Assembly: GCA_001949185.1 (NCBI GenBank)
Contig: BDGG01000003.1
Coordinates: forward strand, 2,521,950 to 2,585,949
Direction: 5' to 3'
Length of the DNA: 64,000 bases
Origin: Ramazzottius varieornatus
Taxonomy: Eukaryota > Animalia > Tardigrada
Position numbers and translations under genes: made by a program. The notes beneath the pieces were generated by a model that saw only the letters and a program-made list of their open reading frames with translations, had not been told where the DNA came from and searched no databases. Position 1 is the stretch's first letter. Each line of letters begins with the position of its first letter. This document shows positions 35,634-49,059 of the stretch, piece after piece.

Positions 35634-37577
35634 CAGTGTACGCCAATATGGACACCCGAAACTGGGCGGAGTTTTTGGACGTTAACCACAACGCCGACAA
35701 CCAATGAACAACAGCCAACTGCTGGATTTATTTACTTTACAATGAGCAGAACACTAACAGTAAAACAGAAACGTATACCATAAAACAGGAAATCTCATGA
35801 GGTAAAACACGAAAAACAACCGAAAATGAAATTATGAGTTCAGTAAGGGATGCGAGCACCGGAGTTGCTGATACACTCAGTCATTCTGCTGTACATCGAG
35901 CTCACCAGGTTGCTGCAGTACTCGGGAGTAACAATTATCTTCCATGCTTCCTGAATTAGAGTGTCAAGCTCCTCAAGATCTTTCGGTCTTCGATCGCAGA
36001 TATACATATTCAGTTTTCCCCAGACATTCTCGATGACATTGAGGTCTGGCGATCTAGACGGCCATGTCAACACCTAAAAGAAGTACGAAAAATTTGTGTA
36101 CTTATGTTTATCCAAAAACAAGATATATTGTGTAACATGGGCGTATCAGATAAAAAGCACTATTGTTTTACGAGAAACAAACTTTGAATGAGTCCGCTCA
36201 TCCACCTTCGCACCTAATACCCTTCCGCAACGTTTTCGCTCGATTCAACAAGCGATTGGTCTGCTCTAGTAAATTTGAAAATTGAAAACAGAAATATTAG
36301 AATACTGTTTAATAAAAAGCGTATTTACTTCTGTTCCTTCTCGCCAGAAAAATTAACCCATCCGTCTAGAGGTGTGCACTGGACACTTGTCTTGCTGGAA
36401 TACCAAATCCCGAGCATGCTTCTCAAGATACGGAAGTCGTCGCTCGAACAAAACGTCTTCGTAGGCACCCGAATCCATTCGACCGTCAACTCGAATTAAC
36501 GCTACAGGTCCACATGCTGTGATGGCACCCCACAACGTTATCCCGCCTTTGATGCGCGTAGCTACGGCGACTTGCAAGTCTTTATCGTGACGGTTTTCCT
36601 CTTTCAAGTACCAGCACTACAACCATAGGTGATAAGTATATCGAATTTATCAGATTCATTAAACGCGTTAGCGTGTTAAATTTAACAGGCGCCTTGCGTT
36701 TTCGACGAAAGCCTTAAACAATTGACCAAGCAATTGAAAACTGGTTTCGAATGACAAACTTGCTTCTCGAAGATCTTAATATTTCTAGAGCAGAGATTCA
36801 TGAATTTAGAAGGTTAAACGAATTGATTTTCAGAAGGTTAATATTATTTACCTCGACCTTACCACCGTGCAAGTTGAAACAAACCTCGTCACTAAAAACC
36901 ACATCATGGAACAGGGTGGGGTTTTCCAGGAGTTGTTCACGCTGGAACAGGCACCAGAATACCCGGTTGTCTTTGTGCTCCTGGGTTAACTCGTCGAGAA
37001 CAGCTTTGGATCGACGAGTCTCAAACTCACGAAGCCGATTCAGCAACGTCTGGTGGNNNNNNNNNNNNNNNNNNNNNNNNNNNNNNNNNNNNNNNNNNNN
37101 NNNNNNACCAGCTCCCCGCTCGTGATACGAGGTCGTCCCTTGGGTTTCACCACTTTCCGCTTCTTGGTTTCGGGATCATAATTCTCGATGACGTTCTTCA
37201 CCCACTTGTGGTCTTTTCCCATCACACGCCCTACAGCACTCAGATTCTTGTTTTTCTCAGAAAACAACTTAAAAACAACGCTGACAAGGGTTGGGTCCAC
37301 TGGTATACCACGAACCATCTTGGATTCACAAGAAGATATCAGAATTTGCGACCGAAAGGATCTAGAGCTGAAAGGATCGCTCGGTGATACAGCTCAGTAT
37401 GTCGCACTACCGGCTGTTGCGCAACAGGTTCATTAGCAATCAGCTGTGCCTATTTACGTTTAATCAACCATGTCTAATCAACCAGATCGCTTTTCCTGGT
37501 TTTTAACTGGTCGTCTGCGGCTTGGCTGACGCCCAAAAACTCCGCCCAGTTTCGGGTGACCATATTGGCGTACACTG
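35634..37577 (-). mobile_element. Tc1-family (DD34E) transposon with TIRs, TA TSD and an intron-containing transposase with a premature stop
   Basis: TA|cagtgtacgccaatatgg(a/t)cacccgaaactgggcggagtttttgg at both ends. Transposase 37318->35840 has KPKGRPR, VVFSDEVCF, ITLWGAIT, FQQDKCPVH, WPSRSPDLNVIENVW; 34 residues between second D and E after splicing; TAA at 36353-36355. Confidence 0.93.
37057..37106. other. Assembly gap (50 N) inside the Tc1 element
   Basis: Run of n. Confidence 0.99.
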
Positions 37578-38380
37578 TAGCAGCCACCTAGCGGAAGCCG
37601 CAATAATCCGTCCGCAATCATCCCGGAGATACGATTTTTACCTCACAACGGAACCACGACGCGGGTGACAGTATCGTCGCTCCTGATTAAACCCTGAGTT
37701 GCGTTTGGCTCGTGCCAGTTTTCCACACGAGCTTCTTCTGGGGCATGGCCATCTGTGGCCACCGATCGGTAGGAAGAGGATGCGCGGGGACCTTCACGTA
37801 GCATGTCGGAAAGGTACACAAAATTGCAGACGGTCCAGTTCACATTGGAACTAAATTGGTAGGAAGCTGGAAACCGAAAGAGTATGATCACGATAACGCG
37901 AGCTTGGTTCTCGGAAGATACCATAAACCGGAACTAAGCGGGAATGACGTGCTCACGCACAGCGTTGCTGACCAACTAGAAGCTCGACCTACAGTGATTC
38001 GGTATTAAAAAGTCAATCCACATCCGGCATCAGTAACCTGACATGCCGACCAAGTTCCATTTCTGAGACCGTAGTATCGACTGCTCGATCGGTTTACCGT
38101 GCAGGATGACTGAAACGCCGCGAAGCAGCGGAAGCACTAAGATTTAGAATCGCGCACAGATGTCAAGGACGCTATAGAGACGTTACAAGTCTAGCCGCAG
38201 CAGACTAGGTAAACAACTGTACAACCTAACCGTAGAATTTCGGCGAAGTGTAAGAGTGTAGTAGCCGCCGAAGCAAAAGGTCGCCTCTTCCGGCTCACGG
38301 CAGCATATCTGCAAGCCGAACAAGCCTTCCCCTGAATAAAATGTAGCGCAAATTCCCAAAGAAATACAAAAAGAGCTTAC

Positions 38381-39195
38381 CTTCTAAAAATCGTAGATTG
38401 TCCTGCGAGTCCACCGCTGAATCTATAAGTAAAATCCCGATAGCTTCGGATAGTAATTAGAAACCGCTGCAAACAATCCGTGAGTCAAAAAGTAGATGTG
38501 GCTAGTCATGGGGATTACTTACGAACGTCATTGCCGCTCATTGTCTTCCTCGAGGCTGCTTCTGTGAAGTACCAGCTTTGTTGAGCGACCTGCTCGATGA
38601 ATAGCTCCTGAAAACGAAATAGACGAACGCTAGCTCCACAAAGGAGCGAAACTTGCGCACTCTTCACCGTGAACCATCTTTCACTACCCTGGACTTCACG
38701 CAGGCTTAAAGTGGATCGAATTTACCACGCCAGCATCGGTCGTGAAAATCGCGATAAGGCTGTGCTCGCTGGGAACAACTTCCGTTTAGGTTCAATCTAG
38801 ATCATTGACAGCCCCTATGTCGGAACGCATCTTACCGCAGCCTTGCACATCAGATACACGCTGTCCCCAGCCATGTTTCTAGCTTGTGGATCCATCTTCA
38901 TGATGTTCTTGATGCGTCCAACAGGTAGTCGTGCTGCGACGGACAAGTCGTCTCGTATGATCTCCAGATCATCGCCTTTATCGCTTCCTCTAGCCTCACT
39001 CCGCACAACAATCTCCCTTCGAGGGGCTGACTTCTTCACAACTGTAGGAGCTGGAACAGCAGTGGCTTGTCTGGTAGGGAGATTCAGCATTTCTTCGACG
39101 AATCCATCATCTTGCAGCTCTTGCTGTACTGGATCCGATTCTGGTATTATATCGACTGCTGGCTGGACTCCTGAACTTTCACGTTCTTCGTCCAT
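38381..39195 (-). CDS. POLE4: H2A-like histone-fold protein, DNA polymerase epsilon subunit 4-like, with acidic N-terminal extension; last exon uncertain (may extend to ~38183)
   Basis: RLPVGRIKNIMKMDP..DSVYLMCKAA/ELFIEQVAQQSW..RKTMSGNDV/HSAVDSQDNLRFLEG matches the POLE4/DPB3 histone fold; CHRAC1 is a less likely alternative. Confidence 0.78.
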
Positions 39196-40205
39196 CGTAT
39201 CGCTGGAACCACCTGAAAGAGAGCAGCTGCAAAACAACCTTATCTCCCTCGATAAGGTGAAGCTTCTGAAGAAATCCGACCACTTTAAGCATTTGTCGGG
39301 GTTTGGCGAGCCGCATGGTTGACTGGTAATCATCATAGCTTCAACAATCGTTTAATCAATCACTCGTCGTACCATCCGTAATCTCCAGAATCCGGCCGCC
39401 CACTTTTGGCAAACCACACTGTGTGCAGAAGCATTTGATCCGAAATCCGAAATTCACTTTAAAGTGCCAATGATACGGGACAGGTTTGGGTCCGTTGTGT
39501 GTAAAAAGACCGCGCGGATGGTGGGTGAAATATCTGGTCAACGTGTGTATCTATCAGTTGATCGCTATGACACGACATATAACAGCCAAAACGGCGCGTA
39601 CCGGGGGGAATTTTTACGCGGACCCGGACCAATCTTGTCCCACTTCATCGGCACTTCAAAGTAACTGTTTGCTGAAATTTCTCTGATCCTACTTTCCTTC
39701 ATTCTTCGGTCTCGAGACTTGAATAATGACTTCCAAAACCACGTGCACAGGTCACGCTAGAACTGAGTGGTTCTAGATTCTCGGGAGGCTTCTTTAAAAG
39801 CTGTGGGAAGTGTGAAAGCAGACGTGGTTAGCCGCCAGCGCCGACGTAGTATATTCTTTCCGATAAGTTTCCTCGACTACATGTAACTAGGTTGCTGTCT
39901 TTTCAGGCTATATATTGGATCTTCCCTCTTGGAATTCGCGCGCTCCGAAAAGCTGGACAGTGAACGTGAGGATGGGCGAGAGAACCGTTACTGCGGAAGA
40001 GAACATCACGGACCAAGAATTTGGACTGCAAGTACTAGTACCAACTGGACTACCACGCATTCTCCATCAGTAGCCTGAACGAGGACTCTTCCGTTTGGAT
40101 TCCCTCACCTTTCGGCGATCAGGTAAATTTCCTTGAGTTATTACGGCAGATCGTGGTTGAAATAGCGAGGTCAACCTAGCTTCGTCGCGAATAGGAACGG
40201 TTCCT

Positions 40206-43200
40206 TCACCGCTTTATTTCTCCGTCATGTGAAAACTGAAAAATGTTCTGTAAAGATTCCAAAACTAAACGTTTACCGCGCTCAGGGGGCAGCATGATTC
40301 TTTTTAAAACACCAGAATCATCACTAAAATTCAAAGAGATATCTCTAAAATTTTCAGTAGAGCCAGCGAAGGACAAATTCGATCCGTTGAGTTGTCTCAA
40401 CGCTCCTATCGATGATTCCATTCGGAATTTGTTTTCCGATATTATTCTTCTCAGTGCCGCGTTCTCGTCACGGTAGCTCGCGATGGTTTTCTCCGCTCGA
40501 CAAAGAGCTTTGACGAGCGAGGCTACGCTTTTGCGAGGAGTTTTACTCCGACTATCGTTGTGGTGTGCTGTTTGATGGTCAGGAACCTGTGTGGTGGATT
40601 CCGTAGAGTCCGTTTGGGTGACAGGCTGACCACGGGAAGACGACGCCAGCCTATTTGTCCGTTTTTGTACGTTGATCACAGGTAACGAAGCGAGTGAACG
40701 AACATCATCCTGGGTCAAATTTCCCCGAAGCCCGACTTCCTTCCGCGTTGTCGAAGGCTTCGCCAGAACAGGTGTTATATTCCTTTCCAAAGGAGTTCCT
40801 CGTGCAGATTCGGGAAGGGGCCGCTTCACCCCACTGGCAGATGCGTTTGACGTTGGTCTCTGGCTAAAACGTAAGCTTCAGAACCATGCAGGTTATACCT
40901 ATGTAAGTATGAGCTCGGCAGACAAACTTGACGAGGTTTTCCCAAGTGGCGCACTTTGTCAGTGTTATTGGCAGAAACCGTGCGCCACTTGGTTAAACAG
41001 TCCTGTTGGATTCGTTTCCCTCGCTCGCATATGCTGGTGGGGATGGTTGGGCTGTTGGGTGAAGTTTTTCGCGAACCTGTTTGATGTCTGTGTGTCTTTA
41101 AAGGACGCCGTGTTTCCGGGTGGGACATTTTCACTGTCGGACATCCGACTTCTTGGCGAGATGGATCTTGCAGACAGAAGACTCTTGGGGTTCGACAACA
41201 CTCGCGCGCTCTCCCGCTGACTGGCTTGAGTAGTATGGAACGGTGTTAACTGTCGGACTTTGAGGACCCTAGGCTTCGCTGGCGCTTCCTCATTCGCGAT
41301 CTCCGACGTAGTTTTATCCTCCGGGACCCAAAAGGAACTAAAATCAAATAACTGTATTTCGTGTTCAGCTGTCTTGTCTTCTAAATCTTGCATTCGGTAA
41401 TGGAAAGGACTCACGGTTTGAATGTCCTAGAAATTGGGCGTTTCTCGGGCTTTGGAGTCGGGTTGACTCGCTGAGGTTCGTCGTGCATCCTCTGGTCCTC
41501 CTGTCGACCTATCGGTGTTTGCTCCTGTTCTGCTCTGGTCTTTGCAGCCTGCTCCACTAGAGCTAGTATGTCAGCTCGTAAGGTGGTTGAGAAACTGGAG
41601 AAGCAGTCTTTCAAGTCTGACTGCGATCGCTTGTAGTTGAGGTCCACAGTTTTCTTTAACTCGCTGTACTTCTGGATAAGATCTGACACCTGAGTCTGAA
41701 GCTCAACAACCTTTTTCTGAACTAGAAACGAATGTGAAACATCTTTATTAATCAAGTTGTTAATGACATCGGACAGATGTTACGATAATCATCTCACCTC
41801 CAGCCACAGTCGCAGGTAACTGAGTTCGTATCCAGTCTTTCAAAATTCCAATTTCCGCCTCGCGGCGTTGTTGATGATCAATGTTCGACTTTCTCTTTGC
41901 AGGCTTCTCATCAGTGGGTTCATCGGGTTCTACGGCAGGCGACAGCGGTCTTTTAAGTACGAACGTAGTTGTGCTCGATACGGAAGGTCGACTGTCAGGT
42001 TTGACCACCACGAAGGTCGTAGTGTCCGTCGAAAGGTGGTCAAGGTCCGCCTCCAGAATGGACGCTGCAGCTTGGGTGATCGACCTGGCTGTTCCTAGAA
42101 TCTCCATATTTCGTTCTCGTTCTTCCATTACATGCAGTAAATGAGCCTGACGTTTCTTATGTTGCTCTTTCCAGTTGGAAGGAAGTGAGTCTTTGACGAT
42201 GGGTTCCTCCACCGGTGTATAGGTAACGATATGTGAGGATTTATGTAGTGGGGCTCTTGTGCTGGTAGGGCGACTTGTACTTCCTCGGTGCATGTTACTG
42301 CTGGTTAGAGATTGTGTGGCGGAAGAAAGTCGGGAGGGACTTTGGTCGCGACAGATGTTGAGAGAAACACTTGTTTGTAGGGTACGAAGACGACAACGCT
42401 GTAACAGATGAGACTGAGATTTTTGATGACGAGCCTTCCAATCTGATCCTGAAACATAACCCCATGGTTTGAGCCTCTGTGAAACTAAGCTGGGACTTCG
42501 GCAAACGAACTGAACTTGATCGTTACCTCAAGTGACGCACTTCGACATTGCTTATGCCTGGAAGTGTGCGCCGCTTGGGAAACTAATTTATCGAAGCCCT
42601 GTGCCGACGTCCTGCCTACTCGTACTGTGAGTAAAGAACCGCGAATGAATGCTGCACGAAGACCAACCTAGAATGTCGACGGTGGTCGGCTTCCGGAGAG
42701 AAGCGTACATTTCTTCATTGGAAACCTTGCCACGCGGCTTCTGGCGAGTTAGACAACGTCTAGCAGTATGTAAATCCGGCCAACCAGCAGAACCCGGACG
42801 CGCAGCTGAGATAGGTCTTTGTACCGGAAACGACGTCTTTTGTTTGATTTCTGGCAATTCGGAGATTGCAGAAAATTCGGTCAGTTTTCGATCGATGGAA
42901 AAACTGATACGCTCTTCGGTTTGGGCTGCAAGATGGTCCCCGTCTCCTTCTTGCCGCTGCTCTTGTTCTTCAGTAATGAAGTCAGCGGGCACGACTGTTT
43001 CCTCCAAGCGAGTTCGAGCTTTCAGCGCGGCCCAGTCCCACGCAGTCGCACCTTTAAAGAAGGAAATTTGTGGACGGTATTTGGCCAACAAGATAAAATG
43101 ACGAATGTTCGCGGGTTTCAAAATGGGTATGTAGCTTTCGGAGGTGAGGCAACGAAGAGATCGATATGGTCGAGGGGTCCACAAACAGCCAACTTTTAGA

Positions 43201-43271
43201 TTCGGCAATGAGGAAGTTTGGGGCATGCCGAGACAGATATCACAGACATCACGGTGCTTGTTTGGGCTCAT
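40206..43271 (-). CDS. Uncharacterised multi-exon protein with S/T/P/R-rich disordered regions and short coiled coils; boundaries uncertain
   Basis: Chain of same-strand long ORFs (42588-43271, 41760-42293, 41411-41755, 40965-41414, 40206-40829) with plausible splice signals between them; no recognised domain. Confidence 0.5.
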
Positions 43272-43607
43272 AGTCTAGGACAACTCATTGTAGTGCACTT
43301 GCGCGGTTGTTGCTGTTGTCGTTGATCCACATTGTTGCCTGGTTGCGCAAGCTGTATGGTAGTTCCTAACAATACAGAATGGACAACACGAGTTTCATGG
43401 ACATTTTATAGCTTTGATGATGCTTCTTCCGGTATCACTTATTTGTTTTAGCAAGCAGATCCTCCGCATCGTTCTTGAATAGCCGGAAGGAGATTTGCGC
43501 TTTGAGGCTCTTGTGAGGGCTCTTCGATGTCAAGTCTCTGGTAACCGGAAGTTGCCTTGTTTCGGGATTTACAGTGGGATATTGAAGTGAATTTTATTGC
43601 GAATACT

Positions 43608-44049
43608 ATGAATCGGATTATCTTGTTGCTGTTTGTTGCTGTTGTTTCAGTACACCTAGGTAAGAAGAGCGAACTCGTGTGTCTTAAAGTAGTCGTTGGC
43701 CATTCTTGTGTTTGGTGTACTGTACAGGTCTTGTGGTTTTTCAGGGTGTGCATTTCAGTGTCTAGTTTGTACGAAAGGCGATGAATCCTGCGACAACGTC
43801 AAGAAGGAGCATTTACAAGAATGTACCTCTGTTAAAGGCAAAATCAAGAGCTGTATCAAAGTCACCGTGCAAGGCCAGACCATCCGGACATGCGGCGTAC
43901 CGGATGTCAACGTCGACCAGTGCGTCTCAGAAGGCGGCGTTACGGCATGCATGTGCAACAAGGAGTTCTGTAACTCTGCTCTGAAAGGACCAAACCATTT
44001 CTCGGGCATCGTCGTAGTAACCACCGCATTAGGCCTTTGGTTACTTTAG
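43608..44049 (+). CDS. Ly6/uPAR three-finger, GPI-anchored protein (Quiver/Sleepless-like), 2 exons
   Basis: Signal peptide MNRIILLLFVAVVSVHLG, then FQCLVC..C..C..SCIK..RTCG..C..ACMCNKEFCNSA followed by a hydrophobic GPI signal. Confidence 0.88.
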
Positions 44050-44095
44050 CCACCGAAGTTGTTTCGCACGTACAGTTTTCCAGTGGAATTTTCTT

Positions 44096-46599
44096 TTATC
44101 TCTCCTTTGTTGTTATGCGTTGAGCCGTTGACACTATGGCAGGATCGCGATCACGAGGTTCGAGATTGTCATACGTTTTATATTTTTTTATTCCTAAATA
44201 TTCAGCTTGAATAGAGGTGGTTAAGATCTTCCGAGCTAGTTCGCGCCATTCAGCGCCGCGATCATTCACAACTGGGCTCGCCGGTGGTGGCGCCACCGGT
44301 ATGGCTACTTCACAGGAAGCTTCTTTACTCGAGACATTAGCCTGCGTTTGCGTACATTCAGTAGCTCGCGGACAAGTAATAGTCTGAGTAAAATCTGAAC
44401 TGGGAGTGAAGGAACGTATGGGCGGAAGTGATGCATCGGTACTTCCGCTGTCGAAACTGGTGAAGGGATAGACTACAGGAGACGGTGGGGGCGTCGAAGT
44501 CGGTAAACGCGGCCGTGACTGATCCCCAGAGAGGATTCGCGAGGCCGCTTTGGTATACGTTGAGTCCTTGAAGTTGACACGAGGACTCAAAGGAGGAAAG
44601 GGCTGACGATGGTGTTCGATCAGAGAACCGTCCGAGTTGCTCGTCCCAAGTCCGCGCGGAATGTACGGTATTGGTGGCCGATATAAACACTGTTTAGACT
44701 CGTCCGCAGTCTTGCACGAACTCTTCGGTCTTTCACACAAGGAAACGGTTTGTTCTTTCTGCTCGCAGGGCGAAATACTTTGCGTCGACTTCTTCTTGGG
44801 TCTGTTCAGGCTGCACACAGTCGGGTTTTCACTCGGTTTCATTCGTTCTTTCGAGCGGAACATTCGCGTCCAGGACCTGTGGGAAGTTGATGAAGGCTGC
44901 TTTCCGGATTTCGGTTTGGTGAGACAAGCGGACTGGGTTAGGACTCCAGAAGAAAGTTTCGGTACTAGCTCGTTGTCGCTGGAAGCGAAGCGCCGCAGTA
45001 CTTTTTCTCGGAAAGAAGGCGGACTGCGCGATGTCGAACTGCAAGGCGAACAGGACGACGTTCTCTCCTTGTTTCTCAACGGACAGCTTAGAGCTTCATT
45101 TGGAGTACTCTGGACTTCTCGGTTTCTTGGACTGACAGAGCAAGGTGGTGGCTCTTGATGACAGGTCGGAACAGGCTGGTGGCATACAGGGACCACTTCA
45201 TGGAAGCACGTAGGTATCGGTTCGCCGCATTCATTGACGTTACAAGTGTTACAGCAGTCGTCGGGAATTTCTTTGTCAGCATTGATGGCTACAGCGTGTA
45301 TCTGATGGTCAAGCAAGTGTGCGGTGAGGTCCGTTTGAAGGAGGAAGTTCTGGTGGTAGTAATAGGCCAGCTCCTTCTGAAGGCGCTGTATGGTGGCAGC
45401 TTGCTTCCAAGCGTTTCGGTTGCACTCGCTCCTTTCGACCGCAACGGGGTGGCTGGATCCTCCACTGTGTTTGTGAAGACTTTGGAAGAAGCGCTTCATG
45501 TGAATCACTTCTAGCGGCAGTTCTGTCGCTTTGTAGAGCTGCAAAATCTTCTGGTTAGAACTACAGAAATCTCAAAGGAACCGTGCAAAGAAAGCGAGGG
45601 AAACTGTAATCTTGAACGGCGCACCCTATCAGCTTCTGGCAACGGGAACTTGCGTCACTTTGATAAAGATCTTCTACGTTTTGTTTGCCCAGCTCCCGTA
45701 TTATTTTAGAATTTTCAGCTGTGCATTTTGTATCAGCAACGTTGGTCACGATAATACCAAGGTGTCAGCCTTTCCATAATTTAGTGTGGTTTTTCCAGCA
45801 AAGAAAACAGTATAAAATTACACTGAGGACTGACCTCTTCCGTGTAGGACCGAATTAGTCCATCCATAGCGGCTTTTTGCTGGCGTATCATGTCCAGTTC
45901 GCGGTTGAGTTTTGCACTTTCCTTCTCCCGTAAGTCGTTTTCCATGTTCCGAAGTTCCAGCTGACGTTGCTGGCTACAGGTTTCCTGCACACAGGCTTCT
46001 TCCTGGTTGACCTGCATATTCATCAGTCTCTTCCTCTTGCACCTCAACTGTTCCTTGAACTTCCTCAATACCGCTGGTTTCTTCTTCACCAGTTTCTCCA
46101 GCGATTCACACTGCATCAACTGACCAGCTCGCAGCACCAGTATCGAACAGAACAGGCCGTTCAGTTTCTCAAACTTCTTGTTCCGCTCTTTCTCGAACGC
46201 CTTGCGAAGACATGTATCCCTTTTACGCTCCCTATCGACCATATCCAGTATCTGCGCCCTCATTTTGTCAGCCTGACAATTGAAGTTCCGGCTTTGTCGC
46301 TCGACGTTCTGAACCTTCTTATACATGTTCGGCATTTCGTTTTCGATCGAGTCTGTCAAACACTGCAAACGTGCGTGTACTTTCCGTAGCTCGTCAAGGT
46401 CGTTGGTCGACTGCTGTAACTCGTACGATGCAGCTTGGACTTCCTCCTCCATCCCCAGTTCTTCGCAGCATAATCTGGCAGCCAGGCGTTGTAGAAGCTG
46501 CCCATTTGTATTCTGTAGTGCGCTACTCAGGTCTTCGTAATTGAGGGCATCTTCAATATCACGAAATCGTTGGTGAATCGATATCCATCCCTCCATCAT
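44096..46599 (-). CDS. Uncharacterised protein: long N-terminal coiled coil, Cys/Pro patch and Ser/Pro-rich tail; at least 2 exons
   Basis: ORFs 45781-46599 (E/K/Q/L/R-rich heptads, donor near 45833) and 44096-45544 (acceptor near 45542). Confidence 0.6.
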
Positions 46600-49059
46600 A
46601 CCAACAATACAGAATGAAATTTCCCAACATCAAATAAACATAGTTCGTTGTGTTACACTGGCGAGAAAGTGATGACGTTTTCTTCCTTCGCTTCAGTTTT
46701 AAAAGGTCGATAACATCACTGACGTCGTTTCAACCCTCGCTTTCTCCATCTCGAAATCTCAACAAGAAAACTGCTGGGCAACAATCCGGACGTGCGCGAA
46801 TGGATTGAGCGAGATTGTCATCTCAACTGGCGCATGATTTCGTTGTTATCAGCTGGAAATTTGCGCCATTTGGGAAACTGATCTGGCTCGAGTCAGTGAA
46901 CGCCCTCACACACTGCATGGATTTGGAAGAAATTTTTCAGGCCCACGAACGAATGAAGAAATTGCTGTAAGATGAGGTGGGCAAGGCTGACGAAATTTTC
47001 TTCCGTAAGTGCAGCCGGAACTAATTAAATTCGGATTTTATTGTGGCTTTCGTGGGATAAGATTAGAAGCGCCCTTTTATTTGTAATCGGGTAATTTCAT
47101 CCATGGACCATGGACCATGGACCATCGATGCCGATTGTGGGTTCCACTCTGTATTCTCGACGTTGTGCTGTCCATCTTGTCTGTTTTTTATTGAGATGGG
47201 TCCCTCGCCGTTTTGTCCAGTTGTCAGGACATGTAGAAGGTGGGAATGATGTGGAGCCAGATGGTTACTGCAAACAACCTCGACTAGTTATTAAGGGGGA
47301 TGACGAAAAGCGGGGCTTGAAAGCTTTAGGGTAGCCCTGTTAGGGCCCGCTTTGATAATCTGATACCCAGATAACTATTCTACTCTTGAAATTTGGCTAC
47401 TTTATCCAGGCCTGCCGCTGGGAAATTTTAATGTGGCAGACAGCTGGACAATGGTAATGTTGAGCCTGACGTCACGGCTCAAACCAATGTGTCAATTTGC
47501 TGCAATCATCGGTACAGTGACTGCCGTGACGTAAACAAAGCCAGATTCGTCTAAATTAACCGACCCGAATCCGAACCGGTTGTCACATGACGGGCACTAC
47601 ATACGGGCACCAGTTTCTTGGCACATTGGCTATTGCGCAGTGGCAGGCCTGACTTTACCTGCGTAAGGCCCACAACTTTCCTACAAACGGGATAATATTC
47701 CTTTCCAGATTGCTCCTTTACCATCCATGTTTTCATGCTTCCCGTAGAACTTTTCAAGCTGCGTCGACCAGCTATGATCTGTTTATTTGTGTTGGAAAAC
47801 TGCGTGATAAAACTGACTAGTATGACTTCCGGTGGGGAAGACACACGGTCGAAAAAGCTGAGAAAGACCAGATAAGTTTTCAACTTCCTTGGCAAACGAA
47901 TTAAAATCGTCGAATTCGGCGTATCTGCCGAGAAAACCCGTTTCGGTAAGAATTCTAGCTCACTTCCGGAATGGCAGATTCACACTTTTAGCCATTTTTT
48001 CTCGACTTAGTTCGTGTTTTAATGATGTTCACCAATTGACAGGACCTCAGAACTTCAACGAAGTTGAACTTCTGAGGTACTGTCGTATTATTTCAGACAA
48101 CTGAAATAATACGACTAGAAGTCTACCCAAGAAAAAAAGAGTACCTAGCAAAGTAATGACCGAAGTGTATTCCGTACTTCCGTTTGGGCCGGACGGGTAC
48201 CTAGCGTACACTTTTCTCAACCGGCCCATACGTGGTCGAGCGCATACTGTGCGCCTGTAAGCAGGTGGCTGATGCACGCGCAAAATTTTGGACTTGTGAA
48301 TTTTCAGACGACAAAATTTCGTCGCTGTTGACTGTTCCCGTTGGTTCCAGCAATCCATCGCCTTCCCTTACCTTTCCTCGATCACCCTGATCTCGATTCC
48401 GGCTCTCGTTCATTCCTGTTATCTTACAACTATTGTGAGGCTTTGAAGGAGCACTTGGGAACAGTCGATCGACTGACAGAAACGCGGATTTTACTGTCCA
48501 TGAAACTGCACCCGTTTTTCATGGCATTTACGTTTCTGGGATGCTGCAGTTTGCCCTTGACGGTGAGGAAAGCTTCGAAAGCTTTTCAAACTATCAGCTG
48601 TGTGCAAAAGTCAACAAGAGGCACCCAGCAAGATGTCCCCGTCGAAATTTGGGAAGGATGATGTCCGATCTCTGGTTGCTCTTCGAGTTTCCGAAATTTC
48701 TGCTTCTCTTTTATCTGATCAAAACTGGAAGAAGGGACCCCATATAGCCGTTTCTTTTAGGCATTTCAGATTTCTGAACGAAAAATAAACACAAGATTCT
48801 TCTTCGGCCGTGGAGATCTGCGCCAAACACAGAATATGAATATTTAAGTGAACGGCTGACGGCGCGCAGTTCTTTTGTTTTCAGAGGGGTGCTGACGTCA
48901 CAGAGAAGCCACAATACAGACAAACGAGATGGGTTCGCGAGAAGGCAGCGGAAAAGGTTGTGGTTCTGGGAAGGGTGGCCGGAAGTCAGGGCTGAACGGG
49001 AAGACTGAACAGTCGTCACAGTGAACGTAAGACATTCCAAAAAGTGTTTTTGACATGAC

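Noticed and set aside
34900-38330. Possible minus-strand gene with the Tc1 element in an intron (ORFs 35250-35552, 37643-37924)
   Set aside because: Could not build a consistent spliced model or recognise a domain.
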